Source: Gallionella sp.
GTDB lineage: Bacteria; Pseudomonadota; Gammaproteobacteria; Burkholderiales; Gallionellaceae
DNA: 64,000 bases
Assembly: GCA_049580605.1 (NCBI GenBank)
Contig: JBAUQH010000057.1
Span: 46,099-110,098, forward strand
Direction: 5' to 3'
Below, in pieces: positions 43,034 through 58,766 of this stretch (position 1 is the stretch's first letter; each line of letters opens with the position of its first letter). The notes below the pieces were generated by a model. It saw nothing but the letters and a program-made list of their open reading frames with translations, had not been told where the DNA came from and did no database searches. A program made the translations under genes and the position numbers.

Positions 43034-43978
43034 TTAGTCAACGCCGCCCAATGTTATTTGATGGCAGTTTAGCAGGGCATGTGGCTGCCAGTTTGAAATT
43101 GCCCAGGCCAGAATTTCTTCAGCCGTGCCTGTCCGCAAATCGGCGGGCGGATTCTGGCGCAGGAACGCCAGCACTTTGAACAGGGTGTAGGCCGGGTTGT
43201 GTTTTGTCACCGGATCGGCAAGGGTTTGCTTGCTGAGTTTTTCGCCCCGTGCATTCACCGCGACCGGCAGGTGCATATAGGAAGGCGTTTTCAGCCCGAG
43301 CAATCGCTGCAGATATGCCTGGCGCGGGGCTGAGCAAAGCAGGTCGGCGCCGCGCACCACATCGGTGATTTCCTGCGCGGCATCGTCCACCACGACCGCA
43401 AGTTGGTAGGCGTACAATCCGTCCGCGCGCAGCAGCACGAAATCGCCGACCCCGGTTGCCAGTTCCTGGGTAATGGTGCCCTGCAACAGGTCGTCCAGCG
43501 CGATCACGGCATCGTTGACGCGCACCCGCCAGGACCGCGCCGTCTTGTCCGTTGCGATGCCGTTCCGGCAGGTTCCCGAATAGACTTGCTCATCGCCTCG
43601 CTGCAGGGCAGAGTCCGCGATTTCCCTGCGGCTGCAGGCACAGGGATACATCAAGCCGGTTTTCTTCAACTGGAGAAAAGCCTGTTCGTAGGCGGCTGTG
43701 CGCTGGCTCTGGTAAACGACCTGCTCATCCCAGTGCAGGCCATGTGCTTCCAGCGTGCCGAGGATATCGGCCGCGGCTCCATCGACGGCACGCGGCGTAT
43801 CGAGGTCGTCGATTCTTACCAGCCACTTGCCCTGATGATGCCGTGCGTCCAGATAGCTGCCGACGGCGGCGACTAAGGAACCGAAATGGAGCGGGCCGGT
43901 GGGGGAGGGGGCGAAGCGCCCCCTATATGGAATACGATCGAAAGCTATCTGCACAACGCGGCGAGCGCAGGTCGTCAA
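43034..43978 (-). CDS. gluQ: Glutamyl-Q tRNA(Asp) synthetase
   Basis: GRFAPSPTGPLHFGS, CACSR, YQLAVVVDD, KLSKQ; lacks anticodon-binding domain. Confidence 0.93.
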   Translation of the reverse strand: MTTCARRVVQIAFDRIPYRGRFAPSPTGPLHFGSLVAAVGSYLDARHHQGKWLVRIDDLDTPRAVDGAAADILGTLEAHGLHWDEQVVYQSQRTAAYEQAFLQLKKTGLMYPCACSRREIADSALQRGDEQVYSGTCRNGIATDKTARSWRVRVNDAVIALDDLLQGTITQELATGVGDFVLLRADGLYAYQLAVVVDDAAQEITDVVRGADLLCSAPRQAYLQRLLGLKTPSYMHLPVAVNARGEKLSKQTLADPVTKHNPAYTLFKVLAFLRQNPPADLRTGTAEEILAWAISNWQPHALLNCHQITLGGVD

Positions 43979-44086
43979 TCGAGGTGGAAAGGGGCGATAA
44001 ACCGGAATGCAGGTTGCTATTCATGCGGATTTCGAGCCTCTATTCGACGAAGTATCACGAAGCGAAGTAGTTGTGCAGATACCTTT
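43941..44086 (-). repeat. Palindromic element copy D with 17-bp terminal IR
   Basis: AAAGCTATCTGCACAAC / GTTGTGCAGATACCTTT (16/17); internal motifs match copy B in reverse orientation. Confidence 0.85.
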
Positions 44087-46341
44087 CAGGCAGGGACTGC
44101 TTCTTCGGCAAAAACCAGTTTTACCTTGCCGCCGGCGTCGACATCGACCGTGACCTGACCGCCGTTTGCGAGGCGGCCGAACAGCAGTTCGTCGGCCAGC
44201 GCGGACCGTATGGTGTCCTGGATCAGGCGTGCCATCGGGCGTGCACCCATCAGAGGATCGAAACCGCTTTCTGCCAGATAGTCCTTCAGCGCGTCGGTGA
44301 ACAGGACTTCCACTTTCTTTTCCTGCAGCTGTTCTTCAAGCTGCATCAGGAACTTGTCGACAACGCGCAGGATGATTTCGTGATCCAGCGGCGCGAAAGA
44401 AATCACCGCATCCAGACGGTTGCGGAATTCCGGCGTGAAAGTGCGCTTGATGTCCATCAATTCGTCGCCGCCCGAACTGCTCTTGGTGAATCCGATCTGG
44501 CTCTTGTTCAGGGCTTCCGAACCCGCATTGGTGGTCATGATGATCACCACGTTGCGGAAATCAGCCTTGCGTCCGTTGTTGTCGGTCAGCGTGCCGTGAT
44601 CCATCACCTGCAGCAGGATGTTGAAAATGTCGGGATGCGCCTTTTCTATCTCGTCGAGCAGCAGCACCGCGTGAGGCTGTTTGCTGATCGCCTCGGTGAG
44701 CAGGCCGCCCTGGTCGAAACCGACGTAACCGGGAGGCGCGCCGATCAGGCGCGACACCGCATGGCGTTCCATGTATTCGGACATGTCGAAGCGGTGCAAC
44801 GGCATGCCCATTGCATAGGCCAGTTGCCGCGCGACTTCGGTTTTGCCAACGCCGGTCGGTCCGGAGAACAGGAAGCTGCCGATCGGTTTTTGCGGATTGC
44901 CCAGGCCGCTGCGCGACATCTTGATCGCGGCGGCAAGCGCGTCGATAGCCTTGTTCTGGCCGAAAACGACTGCCTTGAGATCCCGGTCCAGCGTCTTCAG
45001 GGCATTGCGGTCATCCGATGAAACGGTGCGCGCCGGAATGCGCGCGATCTTCGCGATGATCTCCTCGATTTCATGCTTGCCGATGACTTTTTTCTGTTTT
45101 GACTTGGGCAAAATGCGCTGTGCGGCGCCGGCTTCGTCCAGCACGTCGATCGCCTTGTCCGGAAGGTGGCGGTCGTTGATGTAACGCGAGGCAAGCTCTG
45201 CGGCACTGGTGATTGCCGCCGCGCTGTATTTGACGCTGTGATGTTCCTCGAAGCGCGATTTCAGACCGCGCAGAATCGCGATGGTCTGTTCAACGGACGG
45301 CTCCGGAACATCGACCTTCTGGAAACGCCTGGAAAGCGCATGGTCCTTCTCGAAAATGCCCCGGTATTCCTGGTAGGTGGTTGCGCCTATGCATTTCAAT
45401 TGTCCGTTCGACAGCGCCGGTTTGAGCAGGTTGGATGCATCCATCGTGCCGCCGGAAGCCGCGCCCGCGCCGATCATGGTGTGGATTTCATCGATGAACA
45501 GGATCGCATGGGCGGCTTCGCCCAGTTCCTTGAGGACGGCCTTCAGGCGCTGTTCGAAGTCGCCGCGATACTTGGTGCCGGCCAGCAGGGCGCCCATGTC
45601 GAGCGAGTACACGTGCGCGTCGCTGAGGACTTCAGGCACATCGTGTTCCACGATGCGCCGTGCGAGGCCTTCGGCGATCGCGGTTTTGCCCACGCCGGCT
45701 TCGCCGACCAGCAGGGGATTGTTCTTGCGGCGGCGGCATAGCGTCTGGATGACGCGCTCCAGTTCGATTTCACGCCCGATCAGCGGGTCGATCTTTCCGG
45801 CCAGCGCCTGCGCGTTCAGGTCCAGGGTGTAGTTTTTCAGCGCTTCGCCGTTGTTTTGTTCCACTTCGGATTCGGAATCGTTTTGCGGCTTGGCCGGGGT
45901 GCCGGGCAGGGCCTTGTCGATGCCGTGCGCGATGTAGTTCACCACATCGAGGCGGCTGACATTGCGCTGGGTCAGGAAATATACTGCGTGAGAATCTTTC
46001 TCGCCGAACAGCGCGACCAGGATGTTGGCGCCGGTGACTTCCTTCTTGTTGGTTGACTGCACATGCAGGATGGCGCGTTGGATCACGCGCTGGAAACCGA
46101 CTGTGGGTTGGGTGTCCACTTCGCGGTCGCCCGGCGTTACCGGGGTATGGGTGGTGATGAATTCGGTCAGAACCTGGCGCAGCTCGTCTATGTCCACGCC
46201 GCAGGCGCGCAAAACCTGCGCGGCGGAGGCGTTGTCCAGCATGGTGAGGAGCAGATGCTCGACGGTAATGAACTCATGGCGCTTCTGGCGTGCCTCTACA
46301 AATGCCAGATGCAGGCTGACTTCCAGTTCTTGAGCAATCAT
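44086..46341 (-). CDS. clpA: ATP-dependent Clp protease ATPase subunit ClpA
   Basis: [11 protein letters not shown]; two AAA modules GEAGVGKT and [11 protein letters not shown] loop. Confidence 0.97.
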   Translation of the reverse strand: MIAQELEVSLHLAFVEARQKRHEFITVEHLLLTMLDNASAAQVLRACGVDIDELRQVLTEFITTHTPVTPGDREVDTQPTVGFQRVIQRAILHVQSTNKKEVTGANILVALFGEKDSHAVYFLTQRNVSRLDVVNYIAHGIDKALPGTPAKPQNDSESEVEQNNGEALKNYTLDLNAQALAGKIDPLIGREIELERVIQTLCRRRKNNPLLVGEAGVGKTAIAEGLARRIVEHDVPEVLSDAHVYSLDMGALLAGTKYRGDFEQRLKAVLKELGEAAHAILFIDEIHTMIGAGAASGGTMDASNLLKPALSNGQLKCIGATTYQEYRGIFEKDHALSRRFQKVDVPEPSVEQTIAILRGLKSRFEEHHSVKYSAAAITSAAELASRYINDRHLPDKAIDVLDEAGAAQRILPKSKQKKVIGKHEIEEIIAKIARIPARTVSSDDRNALKTLDRDLKAVVFGQNKAIDALAAAIKMSRSGLGNPQKPIGSFLFSGPTGVGKTEVARQLAYAMGMPLHRFDMSEYMERHAVSRLIGAPPGYVGFDQGGLLTEAISKQPHAVLLLDEIEKAHPDIFNILLQVMDHGTLTDNNGRKADFRNVVIIMTTNAGSEALNKSQIGFTKSSSGGDELMDIKRTFTPEFRNRLDAVISFAPLDHEIILRVVDKFLMQLEEQLQEKKVEVLFTDALKDYLAESGFDPLMGARPMARLIQDTIRSALADELLFGRLANGGQVTVDVDAGGKVKLVFAEEAVPA

Positions 46342-46342
46342 T

Positions 46343-46651
46343 TCAATTTTCCTCCATGCCGCATCGTAGCGGATGTCCGTGTTGTTTTGCAAATTCTGAT
46401 ACCTGACTTACCTTGCTTTCGGCGATATCCAGGGAATAGACCCCGCACACTGCAGAACCTTCATTATGCACTTTGAGCATGATTTGCAGGGCGCGTTCCT
46501 GATCCAGCGAGAAAAACAGCTGTAAAACTTCAACAACGAATTCCATGGTGGTGTAGTCGTCGTTGAAAAGCACCACTTTGTACAAGCGCGGCGGTTTGGT
46601 TTTCGTGCGCTCCGGCGCCAGTACCACATTGCTGAGATGTTTGGTTGCCAT
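46343..46651 (-). CDS. clpS: Clp protease adaptor ClpS
   Basis: [27 protein letters not shown]. Confidence 0.96.
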   Translation of the reverse strand: MATKHLSNVVLAPERTKTKPPRLYKVVLFNDDYTTMEFVVEVLQLFFSLDQERALQIMLKVHNEGSAVCGVYSLDIAESKVSQVSEFAKQHGHPLRCGMEEN

Positions 46652-46886
46652 AATTCCCGGTGGGTGTTCAGATGCCTTCCTTGCCCTCATATTTGATGAT
46701 TGGCGATGCTTTTTCAAGCCCATTCGAAAAATATTTTATAAACCTCTTGACGGTATCAGCAAAACAGGAGTAAAAAGCGCGCTGGTGTTTGACTCAAAGT
46801 ATCTGCAGTACTGGTTTTGCCGTGTGCGGTCTTGGATTCAAACAGTTCGCGGGGAGGTCCCCGCTTTTAAGTAAGGAAGCAATCAC

Positions 46887-47090
46887 ATGGCAACTGGTAC
46901 AGTTAAATGGTTCAACGACGCAAAGGGATTCGGTTTTATCACTCCCGATGATGGCAGCGAAGACTTGTTCGCACACTTTTCGGCAATCAACATGAGCGGC
47001 TTCAAGTCACTCAAAGAAGGTCAGAAGGTAACCTTTGAAGTAGTTCAAGGTCCCAAGGGCAAGCAAGCTTCCAACATCCAGGCACCTTGA
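46887..47090 (+). CDS. Cold-shock protein (CspA/CspD family)
   Basis: [22 protein letters not shown]; divergent from clpS. Confidence 0.96.
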   Translation: MATGTVKWFNDAKGFGFITPDDGSEDLFAHFSAINMSGFKSLKEGQKVTFEVVQGPKGKQASNIQAP

Positions 47091-47114
47091 TCGGTTCCTT
47101 ATAGTTGGCAAAAT

Positions 47115-47141
47115 AACCGGCGCTAAGGCGCCGGTTTTTTT
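47115..47141 (+). terminator. Intrinsic terminator after the cold-shock gene
   Basis: AACCGGCGC-TAAG-GCGCCGGTTTTTTT. Confidence 0.9.
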
Positions 47142-47184
47142 GCCCCTGATTTGCTACAAGGCAGCGAATTGCCAGCCCGGTCAT

Positions 47185-49431
<2,247 letters not shown>

Positions 49432-49566
49432 TTAACATTCATGCTTAACAAGGGGCCGTCTGCAATTCGGATTTTTGCAGCTGTGATGCCGGCAATTTGC
49501 ATGCCCGTTTCGGTTCCCTTAGATTGAAGCGGTAAAATATCGTCTCAACAACATACGGGAATCCCG

Positions 49567-50121
49567 ATGGGGCGCATTCTGTTGTTCAACAAGCCGTTTG
49601 GTGTGATCAGCCAGTTCAGTCGTGATGGCATGCATCCGACGCTGGCCGATTATATCCCGCTTCCGGACTTTTATCCCGCCGGGCGCCTGGACACAGACAG
49701 CGAGGGGTTGCTGGTGCTGACCGACGACGGCAGGTTGCAGCACCGCATTACCGATCCGAAGCACAAGCTGCCGAAAACGTATTGGGTGCAGGTCGAGGGT
49801 GTCGCGGATGACGCCGCTCTGGAATTATTCCGGCAGGGCTTACAGATGCCGGATTTCAAGGCGCAGCCTGCCGAGGCGTATCTGATTGATGAACCTGCGA
49901 ATCTGTGGCCGCGCAACCCGCCGATACGCGTGCGCAAGATTATACCGACCTGCTGGATCGAAATGACGATACGCGAGGGGAAGAACCGCCAGGTGCGTCG
50001 CATGACCGCGGCCGTCGGATTGCCCACGTTGCGCCTGATCCGCTGCCGCATCGGCGAGTGGACGCTGGACGGCATGGGGCCGGGAATGTGGAGAATTGAA
50101 CCGAACCACCCGTCGCATTGA
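49567..50121 (+). CDS. rluE: 23S rRNA pseudouridine synthase E
   Basis: FNKPF, AGRLDTDSEG, EGKNRQVRRMTAAVG; no S4 domain; divergent from icd. Confidence 0.88.
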   Translation: MGRILLFNKPFGVISQFSRDGMHPTLADYIPLPDFYPAGRLDTDSEGLLVLTDDGRLQHRITDPKHKLPKTYWVQVEGVADDAALELFRQGLQMPDFKAQPAEAYLIDEPANLWPRNPPIRVRKIIPTCWIEMTIREGKNRQVRRMTAAVGLPTLRLIRCRIGEWTLDGMGPGMWRIEPNHPSH

Positions 50122-50176
50122 CAAACAACCCGGCTGCTTTTAACTTATGCCGTCATACCTGATCAGTGAGGTCGTC

Positions 50177-50521
50177 ATGTCGTTTTCGCACTGCTTGTTG
50201 CTGGGTAGCGCATTATTCCTCGCCGGGCTGCCTTCAGGCAGCTTTGCCTCAGAACGTTCCTACGGAATGGTCACAAAGGCGGAAAAGTCGCTGAGAGGCC
50301 GCTGGTACAGCGAAACGGGTAGTATTACCTTCAGCAACAACGGAACTGTCAGGCTGAAGGGGAGGCGTTATTTTTATGCGGTTTCCAACGGCGGCATGAT
50401 ACAGCTCAGCGGAAACAACAGTTCGGATGCGATCTCCTATCGGCTATTCGGCGACCAGCTGACGCTGACCGTGGACGGAATCACAACGGTCTATACGCGT
50501 ACACGGCCGGGAAAGAAATAG
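50177..50521 (+). CDS. Exported hypothetical beta-rich protein
   Basis: GAGG RBS, signal peptide, GRW...YTR pattern. Confidence 0.7.
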   Translation: MSFSHCLLLGSALFLAGLPSGSFASERSYGMVTKAEKSLRGRWYSETGSITFSNNGTVRLKGRRYFYAVSNGGMIQLSGNNSSDAISYRLFGDQLTLTVDGITTVYTRTRPGKK

Positions 50522-50579
50522 GGTCGGGTTTCCTAACGCCTCTTCCGCGCCGCGATAGTCCCCTGATTTTGCTAAGGCG

Positions 50580-52043
50580 CTAGCGGCCCCTGCGCGTGAC
50601 TGACTTGGGCGAGAACAGCGCCGGCTGTGGCATGGCCTGGTGACGAGCGGCTTCGGACATGAACTGCGGTTCGGATGATTTGTGTGGTTCGGGTGTCTTG
50701 TGAGGAAGGCGCGGCTTGGCGATTTGTTGCCTGTTGCGCGGCTGTTGTTCGCGCTGTTGCGGATTGCGCTGTCTTTGGCCGTCCACTTGGGGTTGCTGGC
50801 GGTTTCCCTTGCCCGCAGTGCGTGTTTCGTTGTTGCGTCTTTGTCCATGTGCCTGGCGAGGAGGGCGCGGGGCCTCGGCGGGAAGATTTGCGGGCGGCAC
50901 AAAACCGTCGACTTCGGCAACCGGGATCTCGCGCTTGATCAAGCGCTCTATCGATCTGAGAAACGGTATTTCTTCCTTGTCCACCAGCGAGATCGCCGCA
51001 CCGCTGCTTCCCGCGCGGCCGGTTCGGCCGATACGGTGCACGTAATCTTCCGGCACGTTCGGCAATTCGAAATTGACCACATGCGGCAGCTGGTCGATGT
51101 CCAGGCCGCGCGCGGCGATGTCGGTGGCGACCAGCACCGGCAGCGAGCCGTCCTTGAATTGTGCCAGCGCCTTGGTGCGTGCCGGCTGGCTCTTGTTGCC
51201 GTGTATCGCAGCAGCCGGAATGCCGTCCGCAATCAGCTTTTCAGTCAGCCGGTTGGCGCCGTGCTTGGTGCGGGTGAATACCAGCACCTGCTTCCAGTCG
51301 TTTTGCTTGATCAGGTGGGCAAGCAAATGGCTCTTCAGGCGTTGCGGCACCAGATGGATACTTTGCGAGATCAATTCAACCGTGGAGTTGCGTCGCGCCA
51401 CTTCGACATAGCCGGGATTGTGCAGCAGGCCGTCGGAAAGCGCCTTGATCTCGTCGGAAAAAGTCGCCGAAAAAAGCAGGTTCTGGCGCTGCTTCGGCAG
51501 CAGCGCGAGGATTTTCCGGATGTCGCGGATGAAACCCATGTCCAGCATGCGGTCCGCCTCGTCCAGCACCAGAATTTCCACGCCTGACAGATCCAGCGTG
51601 TTTTGCCCGACATGGTCAAGCAAGCGCCCGGGTGTGGCGACCAGGATGTCGATTTGCCCGCGCAATGCCTTGATTTGCGGGTTGATGTTCACCCCGCCGA
51701 ACATCACCATCGATTTCAGCGGCAGATACTTTCCGTAGGTTTGCACCGATTCTTCCACCTGCGCTGCGAGTTCGCGGGTGGGGACCATGATCAGGCAGCG
51801 CGGCCGGCCGGGGCGTTTGCCGGCGGGCTGCTGTTCGAAGAGCAGATGCAGGATGGGCAGGGTGAAGCCGGCCGTCTTGCCGGTGCCGGTCTGCGCGCCG
51901 GCCAGCAGGTCGCCGCCGGCCAGCACCAGCGGGATTGCCTGGGCCTGCACCGGTGTGGGTTTCGTGTATCCCGCATCGGCGATCGCGCGCATCAGGGGTT
52001 GTGCCAGCTTCAGGCTGGCAAAGGTGATTTCATTGTCTGGCAA
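50580..52043 (-). CDS. rhlE: DEAD-box RNA helicase RhlE
   Basis: [32 protein letters not shown] start after AGGAG. Confidence 0.92.
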   Translation of the reverse strand: MPDNEITFASLKLAQPLMRAIADAGYTKPTPVQAQAIPLVLAGGDLLAGAQTGTGKTAGFTLPILHLLFEQQPAGKRPGRPRCLIMVPTRELAAQVEESVQTYGKYLPLKSMVMFGGVNINPQIKALRGQIDILVATPGRLLDHVGQNTLDLSGVEILVLDEADRMLDMGFIRDIRKILALLPKQRQNLLFSATFSDEIKALSDGLLHNPGYVEVARRNSTVELISQSIHLVPQRLKSHLLAHLIKQNDWKQVLVFTRTKHGANRLTEKLIADGIPAAAIHGNKSQPARTKALAQFKDGSLPVLVATDIAARGLDIDQLPHVVNFELPNVPEDYVHRIGRTGRAGSSGAAISLVDKEEIPFLRSIERLIKREIPVAEVDGFVPPANLPAEAPRPPRQAHGQRRNNETRTAGKGNRQQPQVDGQRQRNPQQREQQPRNRQQIAKPRLPHKTPEPHKSSEPQFMSEAARHQAMPQPALFSPKSVTRRGR

Positions 52044-52049
52044 AGCATG

Positions 52050-52180
52050 ACTCCTGTGAAAGCCTGCTGCTCACAAGAGCTGCACCAATCGAGGCAGGCC
52101 AATAAGAGATCGAGATGATCCGGCGTGTGGGAAAAGTACCGCTGCGCTGATTGGTCGGGCGCGGGTGGCGCGCATTATAC
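52050..52180 (-). promoter_or_regulatory. rhlE -10 box and structured leader of about 120 nt
   Basis: TATAAT at 52179-52174; complementary segments 52149-55/52084-90 and 52094-99/52062-67. Confidence 0.5.
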
Positions 52181-52319
52181 CCGTACTGTGGGCGTGCGAG
52201 GGACGAAAATATCCGGATTGGGATCACCGGGCATTCCAAATAGCCGCCCCGCAGGCTGCTCTGCCCGCATTGCTCGGGTATAATGCGCACCTTCGTAAAT
52301 TTACCGGCGGGATGACAAT

Positions 52320-52592
52320 ATGCCTATTTATGCTTATGCCTGTTCGAGTTGCGGCCTGCTGAAAGATGTGATGCAAAAGGTCAGCGATGCGCCGCTCAGC
52401 ACTTGCCCCGAATGCGGCAAGGAAACATTCAATAAACAACTGACGGCTGCGGGTTTCCAGTTGAAGGGCAGCGGCTATTACGCGACCGACTTCAAGAGCG
52501 GATCGCAGCCGAGGAATGCGCCCAAACCGGAAGCCGCCTGCGCGCCTTGTGCCAGCGCGGGTTCCTGCCCGGTGGCAGACGGTTCCGCCTGA
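52320..52592 (+). CDS. FmdB-family zinc-ribbon protein
   Basis: MPIYAYACSSCG...CPECG...FQLKGSGYYATDF. Confidence 0.92.
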   Translation: MPIYAYACSSCGLLKDVMQKVSDAPLSTCPECGKETFNKQLTAAGFQLKGSGYYATDFKSGSQPRNAPKPEAACAPCASAGSCPVADGSA

Positions 52593-52594
52593 GC

Positions 52595-53230
52595 ATGAAA
52601 AAATATTTCATCACCGGCCTGTTGGTCTGGGTTCCGCTCGGCATAACCCTGTGGGTGCTGAATCTGACGATAGGAACGATGGACCAGCCGCTGCTGCTGC
52701 TGCCCGAGTCCTGGCGCCCGGACAGGTTGCTGGGCGTGCATATTCCGGGTCTCGGCATCATCCTGACGCTGGCAGTGGTGTGGCTGACCGGTTTGCTGGT
52801 GCGCAACGTGTTCGGCCGGAAATTGTGGGAGCTGGGTGAAAATGCAGTGCAGCACGTGCCCTTCGTGGGCAGCGTCTACAAGGGCGTAAAACAGGTCAGC
52901 GATACGCTGTTGTCGGGCAGCGGAAATTCTTTCCGCAAGGTGCTGCTGGTGCGTTATCCCCATCCACAGGCATGGTCGCTGGCGTTTCAGACCACTGTGC
53001 CCGGCGAGGTGACCGGCAAGCTGGACGAGGAATACGTTGCGGTGTTCATTCCCACCACACCCAGTCCGGTGAACGGATTCTATTTTTTCGTGCGCAAGGC
53101 CGACACCATCGAGCTGGACATGACGGTGGACGTCGCATTGCGCTCCATCGTTTCGATGGGTGTGGCGGCAGACGCCGATTCCGGGAAGCATCCCGCCATC
53201 GCCCAGCATACTCAAGCAGACCAACCCTGA
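52595..53230 (+). CDS. DUF502 membrane protein
   Basis: MKKYFITGLLVWVPL, PTTPSPVNGF; conserved position upstream of aspS. Confidence 0.9.
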   Translation: MKKYFITGLLVWVPLGITLWVLNLTIGTMDQPLLLLPESWRPDRLLGVHIPGLGIILTLAVVWLTGLLVRNVFGRKLWELGENAVQHVPFVGSVYKGVKQVSDTLLSGSGNSFRKVLLVRYPHPQAWSLAFQTTVPGEVTGKLDEEYVAVFIPTTPSPVNGFYFFVRKADTIELDMTVDVALRSIVSMGVAADADSGKHPAIAQHTQADQP

Positions 53231-53253
53231 CATCCTTATAAAAATCCAGAATC

Positions 53254-55061
<1,808 letters not shown>

Positions 55062-55065
<4 letters not shown>

Positions 55066-55445
55066 CCGGGTTGCGCAGGTTGTGTCCGCACTGGATCGTG
55101 CTGGCAGCGATGCTGTTTCTGCCGGCAGGTGCGCAAGCTGAGTCCCATCATCCAGGGGCGGTTCTCGATCAGGCCGGCATCGGTGCGGCACAATTGCCCC
55201 CTCAGGCGCGCGACACGCTGCGCGCAATCAAGCGGGGCGGGCCGTTCGCCTATCCGCGCGACGGCGTGGTTTTCAATAACTACGAACATGCCCTGCCCGA
55301 ACGCAGGCGCGGTTACTATCACGAGTACACCGTGAAAACACCGGGCAGGCATAACCGCGGTGCCAGGCGCATTATCAGCGGTGCGGGCGGAGAATTTTTC
55401 TACACCGCCGACCATTACCAGACATTCAGACGGATCCGGGAGTAG
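55062..55445 (+). CDS. Secreted guanyl-specific ribonuclease (RNase Sa/barnase family)
   Basis: Signal peptide; GGPF, FNNYE, YYHEYTV, GARRI, YTADHY (catalytic Glu, Arg, His). Confidence 0.9.
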
Positions 55446-55447
55446 CC

Positions 55448-55843
55448 ATGGACAAATTGGCGCAGCAACTGGGAAATCGGGAAGCCGCGGGCAGCTACAC
55501 GCTGGACTGCAGCGCTGAAGATTTGCGCAGCGCGGTTCATGATGCCGGCTTTGCGCTGTTCGATGCCGATCTTGCGGGCGTCAAGGGCAAGCAGAATCTG
55601 CTGAATGTGCTGGCTGCTGCGGCGGGTTTTCCGCCCGGATCCGGCGCCAACTGGGATGCGCTTGCCGATGCGCTGTGCGACCTGTCGTGGAGCCAGGCAA
55701 GCGGATATGTGCTGCTGTTGCGCGGTGCCAGCGACACGCTGGGTCTTTCCGCAAACGACCGGGAAATCGCGCTGGATATCCTGGCCGACACGGTGGTGTA
55801 TTGGCGGCAGCACAACAAGCCATTCTGGATATTTTTTGCCTGA
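55448..55843 (+). CDS. Barstar-family ribonuclease inhibitor
   Basis: GANWDALADALCDL motif; 2 nt downstream of the RNase gene. Confidence 0.9.
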   Translation: MDKLAQQLGNREAAGSYTLDCSAEDLRSAVHDAGFALFDADLAGVKGKQNLLNVLAAAAGFPPGSGANWDALADALCDLSWSQASGYVLLLRGASDTLGLSANDREIALDILADTVVYWRQHNKPFWIFFA

Positions 55844-55968
55844 TTCCAACTTCATTTCATCGGTGAAACTGTGTTGGCTTCCCCGCACACTCCTTGCCGT
55901 GCTATTTTGCACTGTCTTCGTCGCGTACTCGTCGCCGCCTTGTTTGACCTTCGAAATGAAATTGGAAT
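55843..55968 (+). repeat. Palindromic element copy E with 16-bp terminal IR
   Basis: ATTCCAACTTCATTTC / GAAATGAAATTGGAAT (15/16); core ACTCCTTGCC-hairpin-TGTCTT shared with copy C. Confidence 0.8.
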
Positions 55969-55976
55969 GGTAAATC

Positions 55977-56447
55977 GTGCAAAATAAACAGCCGGTCTCG
56001 GTGCTGGTGGTGATCTACACGGACGATCTGGACGTGCTGCTGCTGGAGCGCGCCGATCATCCCGGTTACTGGCAATCCGTCACCGGCAGCCGCGACGGCG
56101 CTGAATTGCTGGCCGATACCGCGATACGGGAAGTGGGGGAAGAGACCGGTCTGGATGCGCGGCGCCATCGGCTCAGCGACTGGCGGGAACAGAATGTCTA
56201 CGAGATCTATCCGCACTGGCGGTACCGCTATGCGCCCGGCATCACGCACAACACCGAGCATGTATTCGGCCTGCAACTTCCCCGTCCGGTCGAAATCCAA
56301 CTTGCGCCGCGCGAACATTTGAACTTCAGGTGGCTGGCGTGGCAGGATGCCGCTGAATTGGTCTTTTCACCGAGCAATCGCGCCGCGATCCTGGAGTTGC
56401 CGAATCGCATCAGAACAGAAACGCGCGTACAGAGGAAACCGCAATGA
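55977..56447 (+). CDS. nudB: Dihydroneopterin triphosphate diphosphatase
   Basis: [32 protein letters not shown]. Confidence 0.93.
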   Translation: MQNKQPVSVLVVIYTDDLDVLLLERADHPGYWQSVTGSRDGAELLADTAIREVGEETGLDARRHRLSDWREQNVYEIYPHWRYRYAPGITHNTEHVFGLQLPRPVEIQLAPREHLNFRWLAWQDAAELVFSPSNRAAILELPNRIRTETRVQRKPQ

Positions 56448-57541
56448 GCGAAACCCCCATGAATGAAAACAGGATTCCGTTTGCGTACGAACATCCCGGC
56501 TCACCGACCGCGGTGGCATGGGCGAAGGTGCCGCGCGAACCGGGCGCGGCGGAAAAGCCCGAACTGGTCGCGCGCATCAAGAAGCTGTTGAAGCAACAGG
56601 ATGCGGTTCTGGTCGCGCATTACTATGTGCACGCCGACCTGCAGGATCTGGCGGAGGCCACCGGCGGCATCGTTTCCGATTCGCTGGACATGGCCAATTT
56701 CGGCCACCGTCATCCGGCCAGCACCATTGTGGTCGCGGGCGTGCGTTTCATGGGCGAGACCGCGAAGATACTCAACCCGGAAAAGCGCGTGCTGATGCCG
56801 GACCTCGCGGCGGAGTGTTCGCTGGACCTCGGCTGCCCGGCGGACGAATTCAGCAAGTTCTGCGACGCGCACCCGGACCGCACCGTGGTCGTGTATGCCA
56901 ACACCAGCGCGGCGGTAAAGGCGCGCGCCGACTGGATGGTGACCAGCTCGATCGCGCTGCCGGTCGTGAAGCATCTCAAGGAACAGGGCAGGAAGGTGCT
57001 TTGGGCGCCGGACCGGCACCTCGGCGGCTACGTGCAGGAACAGACCGGCGCGGACATGCTGCTGTGGCAAGGCTCGTGCATCGTGCACGACGAATACAAA
57101 ACCAGGGAGCTGATCGAGCTGAAAGCGCAGCACCCGCAGGCCAAAGTGCTGGCGCATCCTGAATCGCCTCGTGCAGTGGTGCAATTGGCGGACATGGTCG
57201 GTTCCACCACCCAGTTGATCAAGGCTACGCAAAGTCTGGATGCGCAGGAATTCATCGTTGCGACCGACAACGGCATTTTGCACCAGATGCGCAACTTGTC
57301 CCCGCACAAGACTTTTTTCGAAGCGCCGACCTCCGGTGTCGGCGCGACCTGCAAGAGCTGTTCGCATTGCCCGTGGATGGCGATGAACGGGCTGCTGAAT
57401 CTGGCCGAGGTTCTGGAATCCGGCAGGAACGAGATACACGTCGACCCTGCGATCATTCCGCACGCGGTGCTGCCGATCCAGCGGATGCTCGCGTACGCGA
57501 AGAAGATCGGGTTGCCGGCCAAGGGGATAGGCAACGCGTAA
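56444..57541 (+). CDS. nadA: Quinolinate synthase
   Basis: [37 protein letters not shown]. Confidence 0.96.
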   Translation: MSETPMNENRIPFAYEHPGSPTAVAWAKVPREPGAAEKPELVARIKKLLKQQDAVLVAHYYVHADLQDLAEATGGIVSDSLDMANFGHRHPASTIVVAGVRFMGETAKILNPEKRVLMPDLAAECSLDLGCPADEFSKFCDAHPDRTVVVYANTSAAVKARADWMVTSSIALPVVKHLKEQGRKVLWAPDRHLGGYVQEQTGADMLLWQGSCIVHDEYKTRELIELKAQHPQAKVLAHPESPRAVVQLADMVGSTTQLIKATQSLDAQEFIVATDNGILHQMRNLSPHKTFFEAPTSGVGATCKSCSHCPWMAMNGLLNLAEVLESGRNEIHVDPAIIPHAVLPIQRMLAYAKKIGLPAKGIGNA

Positions 57542-57679
57542 CGGGTGCCATCCTCGTGATTTCGTCAATCCAATCAGACAAAATCAAATCAAAGTCATAA
57601 CCGAAGGGGGTTGCCCGTTAGCTATAACCAATGACAAAGGCAGCGTCGTTTGCAGAGTCAGTCAGATGACAGGTAGTGC

Positions 57680-58399
57680 TATGAGTCACTTTTACGAACA
57701 TCACATATCGTGTCTGGCGTTTAACGAGGGCCGTAATCTGACTGCTGCCACCGCCGAATAACGGAAACCTTTCCCAGTGCCCAGGTAGTGTGCGTTCTAC
57801 AACCGTGGCAGGACATTCACTGATCGGCACGGTGTCGGCAAACCCGTCTTGATTGTCTGTCATACGCGTATGATGGCGCGAATGGCGCATGATCCGCTTA
57901 CGCGGCAAGTGCTTCCAGAAGTCCCTTCTTCAGTGCGCCTCTGGCCTGGATAAGAAGCCTGCGGGAGAAGGTTTCGTGTGGCAGTTGATAGCCCTTATTG
58001 CCCGGCGCTCCGTCAGTTTACCGGGATTGGGCCGATGTGCCCGACTCCAGGTTGCCTGGTCAGCCTGGCTCGCACGATATGCCTACTAGCCATCATTCCG
58101 ATCGATTTCACGACTGATGATAGCGGGCGCTTTCCCGAGAATCCCGGCAAACTATCTGTTCGAATATCCAGTTTCAATCGCTCGTGATGTCTCTTCTAGC
58201 CGGAAACCGTCAGCGCCAGCCGGTAACGGAATTGTTGAACAGGCTGCATTCCTCCCATTATGGCCAGAATCCGTTCGGCAGATGAATGATGTCAATGGAA
58301 CAATTGGGTACGCTGCTGGAGAGACTCGCCTTTCCGCAAGCGCTTCCGCATTCACGCTTATCGATTCTCAATATTTTAAATCCGGGTTCTCTGCTTCAT
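57680..58399 (-). pseudogene. IS30 transposase pseudogene
   Basis: MKQRTRI*, RKGESLQQ..LFH*HHSSAERILA..GG, ISREIDRN, IQARGALKK, PGHWE, LVKRQTRY, with stops, frameshifts and deletions. Confidence 0.82.
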
Positions 58400-58455
58400 T
58401 GCAACACGCCTTTTGCTTACGCAATTTCCAGTGTGTTGCATCGACCGGTTAAATT
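57680..58455 (-). mobile_element. Decayed IS30-family element
   Basis: End sequence GTGTTGCATCGACCGGTTAA at 58433-58452; transposase fragments; no second end recognised. Confidence 0.8.
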
Positions 58456-58766
58456 CGCTGCCAAAAAGAGACATTTTCCGGTGTCTTCTATTTTTGATTG
58501 TTTAGTCCCAGATTTGCGCCATTGATAGGGCGCGAATGAAAAAAATCACATGTTTGCCAATGTTCTGCCCTCGAAACAACAAAAATAATTTTAAAAACAG
58601 TGCGCTGATACACCCGATAATCCCGAAAAGTTGCTGTCTGTAGCGCGTCCTTACGAGTTCAATCAGTTGGGCACAGTCAAATTGGGTCCGCTCAAGAAAG
58701 TGGAGCGGAAATTGAAAATTCGAGATGCTGGACACACAAAAATGCGAGCAGTAATCGCAGTAATCA

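Noticed and set aside
46689..46719. Possible sigma-32 promoter for clpS (CTTGAAA on the minus strand)
   Set aside because: The -10 element (ATCAAATAT) is too far from CCCCATnT to call.
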